A stretch of DNA of 25,210 bases from Candidatus Krumholzibacteriia bacterium (GTDB lineage Bacteria; Krumholzibacteriota; Krumholzibacteriia; WVZY01). Below, in pieces: positions 18,718-25,210 of this stretch. A model generated the notes under the pieces. It was given only the letters and a program-made list of their open reading frames with translations. It did no database searches and was not told the origin of the DNA. The stretch covers positions 1 through 25,210 of the forward strand of contig JAZGDW010000092.1 of NCBI GenBank assembly GCA_036478295.1, given 5' to 3'. The first letter of the stretch is position 1. Each line of letters begins with the position of its first letter. Made by a program: the position numbers and the translations under genes.

Positions 18718-20694
18718 CTACTTCAACAACATCATCTTTTTCGTCTGCGCTGCGTTCGCCGTCACCAGCCTGTAAAAGTACACGCCGCTGGCTACGGACT
18801 GGTCCGTATTGCTGCGACCGTCCCACGTCACCGAGTATCCACCTGCGGCCGGCGTCTGCACTTCGTCGACGAGCGTCCGCACCAACCGCCCGGCCACGTC
18901 GTAGACGGCCAATGACACCCGGCCGGGCGCTCTTACGTCGTACCGTATCACGGTCACCGGATTGAACGGATTCGGCACCGCCGGATACAGGACGTCTTCA
19001 GCCGGGCCCGCGAATGACGGCGGCTCGGGCTTCTTGCCCAGAATCGTCACACAATCCGTGGCTTCAAACAGGGCGCCGTCCAGCATCGCACCCGTAATCG
19101 TGAGGGTCACGACGTCGCCGGGCTCTACGGGGCCGAGAACGCTCGCAATCTCCTGGCGGCTGAACTTCAACGTCAGATCCGTGAACCCATCCGGCCCGGC
19201 AGTTGTACAGTCACACGCATCGCCACTGACCGGTGCGGTCACGTCTTGGTAACTGCTCAGAAGGGGCGCTATTCCCCTGAGGCGCAGCGTTGCAACGTCG
19301 AGCTCGGTAACATCGAAGTCCGCACTACCGGCAATGGCCGCCGGCAACACGCCCCCCTTCATGAGCATTGCATCTCCGTTGCCGTCGAGATTCTCCAGCC
19401 ACTTGATGTTGAAGGGATTGGGACAGGAACGCGGCAAGATGTCAAAATTGGCGACCTCGGCCGGCACGTTCCAGTAGCGCTGCGCGGCGAAGATGCCCCT
19501 GCCGATTGGCTCGAGGTACGCCCACACTTTGTCGAAATCTGGCGTCAACTCGAAGAGAATGCCCGGCACGCCATCGCAGATGAGCGTGTTGCCGTTGGGC
19601 ATACGGTAGGCGCTGCCGTAGCGGATGGAAAAGAAAGCGGGGCTTTCCGGCGCGTATTCCCAATCCGGGGCAGCGGGTCCGTATGGCTGTCCCGCGCTGA
19701 TGATATAATTACCGCTCTCGTCTATTGGAGGCTGGATCTCCGCGACGCTGGAGAGGTCATTCTCATCGGAGGGCCGGTTGCCGTTATTGAAGGCGAGGAT
19801 ACCACCGGCGCCGGGAAGTCCATGGTTGATCCAGTTGGCACCGTGCACGCCCCAAAAGTACTGGTCGCTCGCGGTGCCCCGGCCATAGTTCTGTGGGTTT
19901 CCCCATCGGTACAGTATGTCTCCACCCTTGCCGCTGTTGCCCCCGGTATGGCCGGCGGCTTCTCCGATCGTCGTGCTGTGATCGATGACGTAGATCTCGT
20001 TCATACGCCGTGCACTGAAGACGATCTGGTCGCGCTGGGGGTTGTAGTCCACGTAGTTACCGTGGTCCCAGCTCCTCCCCGTGCCACCCAGGTCGATGTC
20101 AACGAGCTCGGGATGATCGGCGATGACACCGTAGTTGGGTTTGGCCGGGTCGTTGTCCTGGATCAAATGATCCCAAAGGGTCCACTCCCAGACGATTTTC
20201 GCATCGTTGGTCCCGACCGGCTCGAGCTCAACGAGGCGCGTCGGAAACAGCGTCTCACCCGTCGGTGTCGTCCGTCCGGCGGCAATGACCTCCGCTTTGG
20301 TCTTTAGCTCCCAGGCAATTAACAGGACATTGCCGTTTGGCATGGGTTCGATATCGTGGTGCTGCTGGTGCTGGTCGTTCGAGAAAAAGAAGTCCCAGAC
20401 AATGTTGTCATTGGCGTCTACCCTTTGCAGGTGTCCGCCCGCTCCACCCCCGCCGAACAGTCCGTTCGGGTCGCCCTGGCTCCGGATAACGGATCGGTCC
20501 GGGAGCATGTAGACCGTGTGACCGGCGCCAGCGTCACCGTGCCACGTCTGGATCGTGCTGGTCGCCATGTCGATAAGGAAGGTTTCCGTCGACCGGAGGG
20601 GCGTGATCAGGGTATTCCCGACCCAGGCCTCCTGTGCGGCGGCCGGAGTGAAGAGCATGGCCAGAATAAAGGCTGCGGAAATGGCTGCTTTCAT
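18718..20694 (-). CDS. Secreted arylsulfate sulfotransferase-like protein with extra module and FlgD-Ig/T9SS-like tail
   Basis: Signal peptide MKAAISAAFILAMLFTPAAAQ; QHHDIEPMPNGN, WEW..WDHLIQD, WDHGN, YRWGNP and RMPNGNTLI motifs; tail PNPFNPVT...YDVAGRLVRTL...SGVYFYRL; AAGGGAG RBS. Confidence 0.85.
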   Translation of the reverse strand: MKAAISAAFILAMLFTPAAAQEAWVGNTLITPLRSTETFLIDMATSTIQTWHGDAGAGHTVYMLPDRSVIRSQGDPNGLFGGGGAGGHLQRVDANDNIVWDFFFSNDQHQQHHDIEPMPNGNVLLIAWELKTKAEVIAAGRTTPTGETLFPTRLVELEPVGTNDAKIVWEWTLWDHLIQDNDPAKPNYGVIADHPELVDIDLGGTGRSWDHGNYVDYNPQRDQIVFSARRMNEIYVIDHSTTIGEAAGHTGGNSGKGGDILYRWGNPQNYGRGTASDQYFWGVHGANWINHGLPGAGGILAFNNGNRPSDENDLSSVAEIQPPIDESGNYIISAGQPYGPAAPDWEYAPESPAFFSIRYGSAYRMPNGNTLICDGVPGILFELTPDFDKVWAYLEPIGRGIFAAQRYWNVPAEVANFDILPRSCPNPFNIKWLENLDGNGDAMLMKGGVLPAAIAGSADFDVTELDVATLRLRGIAPLLSSYQDVTAPVSGDACDCTTAGPDGFTDLTLKFSRQEIASVLGPVEPGDVVTLTITGAMLDGALFEATDCVTILGKKPEPPSFAGPAEDVLYPAVPNPFNPVTVIRYDVRAPGRVSLAVYDVAGRLVRTLVDEVQTPAAGGYSVTWDGRSNTDQSVASGVYFYRLVTANAAQTKKMMLLK

Positions 20695-20795
20695 AATGTT
20701 CTCCCTTCTAACGAATGGGCGGCTCGTCTGGCAGAAAGACGGCGGGGTTTGGAAGGATAGGAATTCGTACTCTTGTTTCGCCTGTGAAGCGCTAC

Positions 20796-20824
20796 ATTCT
20801 ACCACAAGTTAGACGAATCTTCAA
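20796..20824 (-). promoter_or_regulatory. Sigma70-type promoter of the sulfotransferase-like gene
   Basis: Minus strand TTGAAG-17 bp-TAGAAT with an extended -10 TG. Confidence 0.6.
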
Positions 20825-20909
20825 GTTCGAGCTCTGTGTCAACCTGTCGAGGGGCGGCTTTCGGGTGGAAAGACAACGTGCCGCAGGAGTTGGAGGAGTT
20901 AAGGCTGGC

Positions 20910-21725
20910 TCACTGCGGATACTCGACGCTCAACAGCTCGATGTCAAAGGTCAGGGTGGCGCCGGGCGGAATGGTCTTGCGGAAACCCCGGTCGCCGTAT
21001 CCAAGGTGTGGCGGGACGATCAGTTTGCGCCGGCCCCCTACGCGCATACCGAGAAGTCCTTCCAGCCAACCGTCGACGAGCCTTGCAGCCCCGAGCTCGA
21101 ACGCGATCGGCACTCCCCGAAAGTGCGTCGTATCGAAGAGCGTTCCATCATCCAGAAACCCTGAATAACGGACGACCACGGTGGACCCCATCGTCGGAAA
21201 ATCCCCGCCACCCACCTGGAAGTCCACGAACTGGAGGCCGCTCTCCGTCGCAATGATTTCGTAACCCGCGTCGCTCCACGGCTCGGGCGGCGGCGGACTG
21301 GGGATGATGTCGACGAGCTCGACCTCCATCCGCACCCACGTATCGGCTGGGACACTCGCCGGCCGCTCGTCGTGTTCGAAGGCGAGCTCGGGTGGTATGT
21401 GGAGGACCCTCTTGCCGCCGACCCGCATCGTGGCAACGCCCTCTTCCAGACCTGGCAGAACCTGGTCCATCCCAAAACGGAACCGGTATGGTTCCTCACG
21501 GTCCTGGTAGCGATCGAATTCCTCGCCGCCCACGTAAGAAGCGGTATAGATGATGCCGATAACGTCCCCCCGTCTCGCCAGGCTTCCTTCGCCCTGGGCG
21601 TACTCCTCTATCTGGAGACCCGAGCCGGTGGTCCAGCTTTGCTTGCTGTCGCATCCGGTGAGGCCCCAGATGGTAACGAGGAGGACCGCCGCACCCACTA
21701 CCACGCGTATTGTTTTGGAAGTCAT
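20910..21725 (-). CDS. Lipoprotein with two FKBP-type peptidyl-prolyl isomerase domains
   Basis: Lipobox-like LTGC; two FKBP repeats (GLEEGVATMRVGGKRVLHIPPELAF and GWLEGLLGMRVGGRRKLIVPPHLGYG...IPPGATLTFDIEL). Start placed at ATG 21725. Confidence 0.88.
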   Translation of the reverse strand: MTSKTIRVVVGAAVLLVTIWGLTGCDSKQSWTTGSGLQIEEYAQGEGSLARRGDVIGIIYTASYVGGEEFDRYQDREEPYRFRFGMDQVLPGLEEGVATMRVGGKRVLHIPPELAFEHDERPASVPADTWVRMEVELVDIIPSPPPPEPWSDAGYEIIATESGLQFVDFQVGGGDFPTMGSTVVVRYSGFLDDGTLFDTTHFRGVPIAFELGAARLVDGWLEGLLGMRVGGRRKLIVPPHLGYGDRGFRKTIPPGATLTFDIELLSVEYPQ

Positions 21726-21986
21726 CAGGGTTATCAGGGATGGGAAAATGTCAGGGGGCAACTTTAACTGACCGTTCGGATACAATTTACGCCGATGGCG
21801 ACACCGGAGCAAGAAGTTAATTACGCTTGGCGGCCGCCCGCGAATGCCGTAAACTGGCGGCCGAGTCCCGTTCGCATCGGGGAATCGAGCGCCGGCGGCT
21901 CCAGCCGTTTGGTTTGCCCCGTTGCCCACGGCCGGCGCAGCGACCTGGATTGATCGAGGCGTTTTCACCCGCAGGAGGAGATAAGC

Positions 21987-23114
21987 GTGAAAGAAATGAC
22001 CGCTGATGAACTGAAGGACAGGCTCGTCGCCGGGGAGTCCATCGCCGTGGTCGATATCCGCGAAGCGGATGAATTCGCCGATTGGCACATCCACGGCAGC
22101 TCCAACATGCCCATGTACAACGCCATTGTCGACGGACGAGTGTCTACGGTTGTCGGCAAGCTATTCGAGGGCTTTGCCAACGACAAACCCATCGTGGCGG
22201 TATGCCGCATGGGCGCCACTTCGAAAGTCGCCGCGGGCGTTCTCGAGAGAATGGGTTACGAAGCCTTCAGTTTGAGGGGCGGTATTCGCGGCTGGAGCAA
22301 TGCGTGGACCGAAGCGCCGGTGGCGCTCAGCTCGGGCACCATGTTGATCCAGATCCGGCGCAACGGCAAGGGTTGCCTGTCATACCTCATGGGCTCGGCG
22401 GGCAAGGCGGCGGTCGTGGACCCATGCGTGGATGAATCCGTTTATAAATCTATCGCCGAGCGCGAGGGCCTGGAGATTACCCACGTACTGGAGACGCATG
22501 TACACGCCGACCACATTTCGCGGGCGCGAGCGCTTTGCGAGGCCACGGGCGCTGTTTTGTGTATTCCCAAAACCGACCGGGTTAATTTCGATTATGAGGC
22601 CCTGCAAGATGGGCAGACTCTCAAGATTGGCGACAGCAAAGTGAGCGTCATTGCCACGCCCGGCCATACGTCGGAGAGCGTCTGTTATGGTATCGACGGT
22701 AGCGCACTGCTCTCCGGCGACACGATTTTCGTGGAGGCCCTCGGTCGACCCGATCTGGAAAAGGGTGATGCGGGCGCAGAGGACGGTGCGCGGCTGCTCT
22801 ACGAGAGTCTGCACGGCAAGGTGCTCAAGATAGACCCGGAGATTGTCGTCTGCCCGGCGCATACGAGCACGTCGATCGGTTTCGATGACACGCCCATCGC
22901 CGCGCCCCTCGGTGACATTACTTCGGGTATCAAACTCCTGAAGATCCCAAAGGAAGAATTCATCAAAACCGTCCCGGAGATGCTCGGGCAGAAGCCACCG
23001 AACTTCGAACGGGTAATATCAATTAATGAGGGCCGCGTGGAGTTGGGTTTTCTCGATCCACTCGAGCTGGAGGCGGGACCGAACCGGTGTGCGGTAGGGA
23101 AACCTGCCCCGTAG
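21987..23114 (+). CDS. Rhodanese-metallo-beta-lactamase fusion (persulfide dioxygenase-like, YrkH-type order)
   Basis: AGGAGG RBS; rhodanese domain VVDIRE...WHI.GS...VCRMGATS; MBL domain GCLSY, THVHADH, PGHT, GDT, GRPDL; C-terminal GPNRCA. Confidence 0.88.
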   Translation: MKEMTADELKDRLVAGESIAVVDIREADEFADWHIHGSSNMPMYNAIVDGRVSTVVGKLFEGFANDKPIVAVCRMGATSKVAAGVLERMGYEAFSLRGGIRGWSNAWTEAPVALSSGTMLIQIRRNGKGCLSYLMGSAGKAAVVDPCVDESVYKSIAEREGLEITHVLETHVHADHISRARALCEATGAVLCIPKTDRVNFDYEALQDGQTLKIGDSKVSVIATPGHTSESVCYGIDGSALLSGDTIFVEALGRPDLEKGDAGAEDGARLLYESLHGKVLKIDPEIVVCPAHTSTSIGFDDTPIAAPLGDITSGIKLLKIPKEEFIKTVPEMLGQKPPNFERVISINEGRVELGFLDPLELEAGPNRCAVGKPAP

Positions 23115-23159
23115 GCGAGCGCGTGGGAAGCGCGCACCGTAACACGGGAACTGGGTACG

Positions 23160-24296
23160 ATGCCTGATAAGCGACAGGACGAAATAACCCGATTCGATCA
23201 CAAACTTCCCCTCGCCAGCGCCTTGACACCTCCTTCGTCGTGGTATACCGACTCCGGCATTTACCGGCTGGAGATGCAGCGCGCGTTCGGGAACAACTGG
23301 TTGATCGCGGCGAGGGCGGACCAGGTCGACCAGCCGACCCGGTACGTCTGCGGCGAGATTGCCGGCGAACGGTACGTCGTCGTACGAGGGGAGGACGGCG
23401 AACTTCGTGCGTTCTTCAACGTGTGCCGCCACCACGCGGCAGCGGTCGTCGAGGGCGAGGGCAACATCAAACGCTTCGCATGCCCTTACCATGGTTGGAC
23501 CTACGGACTCGACGGACGGCTCGCGAACGCTCCCGAACTCGGCGAGGTGCAAGACTTCGACCCCGACCATTTCGGCCTCAAGTCCATCGCTGTGGACACA
23601 TGGGGGCCTTTCGTCTTTATCTGTATGGGGGCGACCCCCCGTGATCTCGCTGAGGATCTGCAGCCGTTGAAGGAGGCGCTCGACGCGACCAAATTCGAAT
23701 CCCTCACCTTCATCAAGCGGCAGACCTACACCATCGAATGCAACTGGAAGGTCTACATCGACAACTATCTCGACGGCGGTTATCACGTCGCTTATCTGCA
23801 CAAGGGGCTGGCGGAGCAGCTGGACCTCGCGTCCTACGGCACGCGAGTCTTCGAACGGTTTTCCATCCAGTCGGGATCGGCCGCCGAGCCCACCGCCGAG
23901 CCGAAAAAGGCGGGGCCAGCTCGCGCGGGAGGCGATTTTGCCGAACGCATCGGCAAGCACGTCCTCTACGCCTGGCTCTACCCCAATTTCATGATCAACC
24001 GCTACGGATCCATCATGGATACGAACTGCGTGAGACCCCTCGGCGTCGACCGCACCGAAGTTGTTTTTGACTACTATTTCCACGAAGCAGAGGGCGCCCA
24101 GGCGCAGGATTTCATTCGGCGCAGCCTCGCGGCGAGCGACCTGGTACAGCAAGAAGACACGGGCATCTGTGAAGCGGTACAGATGGGACTCTTGTCACGG
24201 TCGTACGACCAGGGACGGTACTCGGCGCAACGCGAGATGGGTGAGTACCATTTTCACCGCTTGCTCGCGGAGGATCTGAATGAGGGCGCTGCCTGA
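23160..24296 (+). CDS. Rieske non-heme iron oxygenase alpha subunit, choline monooxygenase-like
   Basis: Rieske NVCRHH...CPYHGW; mononuclear iron site CNWKVYIDNYLDGGYHVAYLH and QQED. Confidence 0.88.
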   Translation: MPDKRQDEITRFDHKLPLASALTPPSSWYTDSGIYRLEMQRAFGNNWLIAARADQVDQPTRYVCGEIAGERYVVVRGEDGELRAFFNVCRHHAAAVVEGEGNIKRFACPYHGWTYGLDGRLANAPELGEVQDFDPDHFGLKSIAVDTWGPFVFICMGATPRDLAEDLQPLKEALDATKFESLTFIKRQTYTIECNWKVYIDNYLDGGYHVAYLHKGLAEQLDLASYGTRVFERFSIQSGSAAEPTAEPKKAGPARAGGDFAERIGKHVLYAWLYPNFMINRYGSIMDTNCVRPLGVDRTEVVFDYYFHEAEGAQAQDFIRRSLAASDLVQQEDTGICEAVQMGLLSRSYDQGRYSAQREMGEYHFHRLLAEDLNEGAA

Positions 24297-24375
24297 TCGA
24301 AGATCTGAGGCGCGCGCGGCAGCGGTGCGGATACTGCCTCAAAGACAATTCCGTTTCCGACACCGCCGGTCGTTC

Positions 24376-24909
24376 CTAACCGAACATCGCCAGGTATTTC
24401 TGGAGTTTGCCACCGAGCTTGATCAGTTTCTCCACTTCCTCCCTGGGCATCTCCCGAATCTGTTCATAAATCGTCGTCATCGTCTCGAAGAACTCGAGCA
24501 TCTCTTCGAGACGTTGCTTGGTATACGCGTCCGGCGTGTCGGATTGTTCCACCTCTTGCAGGCATCCGCGCAAAACCGTGAGCGTCGGGTCGATCTCCCG
24601 CTGCTTCCTTTCTTCGAGAACAACCTTGAAGAGTTCCCACACGTCTTTCATCGATTCGAAATGATCCCGGCGGTCGCCCAGAACATGGACGACGTTCACC
24701 AGGTTCCAGGTCTGGAGAACCTTGATGCTGGTACTGACGTTCGAGCGCGCCACGAAGAGCGTGTTGGCGATCTCCTCGGCGGTCACCGGATTGGGCGACA
24801 GGTGAAGAAGCGCGTGGATCTGCGCGATGGTGCGATTGACGCCCCAGCGGGCGCCCATCTCGCCCCAGTGAAGAATGAACTTCTTTTCTGCAGAGGACAG
24901 TTCCGGCAT
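24376..24909 (-). CDS. GbsR/MarR-family transcriptional regulator
   Basis: FILHWGEMGARWGVNRTIAQIHALL...EEIANTLFVARSNVSTSIK..., winged HTH with GDRRDHF and RKQREIDPT. Confidence 0.85.
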   Translation of the reverse strand: MPELSSAEKKFILHWGEMGARWGVNRTIAQIHALLHLSPNPVTAEEIANTLFVARSNVSTSIKVLQTWNLVNVVHVLGDRRDHFESMKDVWELFKVVLEERKQREIDPTLTVLRGCLQEVEQSDTPDAYTKQRLEEMLEFFETMTTIYEQIREMPREEVEKLIKLGGKLQKYLAMFG

Positions 24910-24991
24910 ACATTCCCATAATACAAGAGATGTACGGCCCGCACAAAGCGAATTTGTTCGGTGGTTTTCTTTCTGTTAGGATGGCCGTGCA

Positions 24992-25210
24992 ATGCCTGAC
25001 GAACGTGATACGGACCTGCGAGGGTCCGTCGGTCTCTGCGCCGCCTGCCGCCATGCGCGTCGTGTGCAGTCGGACAGCAAGTCGACCTTTTACCGGTGCG
25101 GGCTCTCGGATGTGGATCCGCGTTTCGTCAAATACCCGCCGCTGCCGATGCGCTCCTGCCCGGGATACGAAGCCGGCGAGGTTGCCGACAAGCAGCAAAC
25201 TGCCGTCGTG
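24992..25210 (+). CDS. Small Cys-rich hypothetical protein; no stop before the window end
   Basis: Hand translation: MPDERDTDLRGSVGLCAACRHARRVQSDSKSTFYRCGLSDVDPRFVKYPPLPMRSCPGYEAGEVADKQQTAVV. Four Cys (CxxCxH...C...C); divergent from the regulator; not in the ORF track. Confidence 0.65.
   Translation, partial: MPDERDTDLRGSVGLCAACRHARRVQSDSKSTFYRCGLSDVDPRFVKYPPLPMRSCPGYEAGEVADKQQTAVV

Noticed and set aside
24464..25198. 244-aa minus-strand ORF overlapping the regulator
   Set aside because: Alternative frame over the GbsR-like gene and antisense to the Cys-rich ORF; no motifs.

Overview
GC-rich bacterial chromosomal window of about 23 mostly housekeeping CDSs. No tRNA, rRNA, CRISPR array, transposase or phage gene is visible. 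Contents in order: a minus-strand block (thiL, mtaB, miaB, tdh-like, the last truncated by the edge); a DUF1801-type protein; an ECF sigma/zinc anti-sigma pair divergent from a small membrane protein; a chalcone-isomerase-like protein; a lipid kinase coupled to a YgfZ-type protein; an RluA/RluD pseudouridine synthase; a POT transporter; an FG-GAP/ASPIC-UnbV secreted protein; an operon of a degenerate NfnA/PyrK-like protein, polX and nth; a secreted arylsulfotransferase-like protein; a double-FKBP lipoprotein; a rhodanese-MBL fusion; a choline-monooxygenase-like Rieske oxygenase; a GbsR/MarR regulator; and a small Cys-rich ORF at the right edge. Two proteins end in FlgD-Ig/T9SS-like domains, suggesting an FCB-group organism (inference). 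The most unusual observations are: (1) two copies of a non-coding hairpin element with a shared core but unrelated, each self-complementary, outer arms, one of which supplies the mtaB stop codon; (2) an intact NfnA-like ORF that has lost its FAD, NAD and [2Fe-2S] motifs and overlaps the polX start; (3) a matched pair of divergent ECF-type promoters, TGMAAC-N16-CGGTC. All family calls come from motif recognition by eye; no searches were run.
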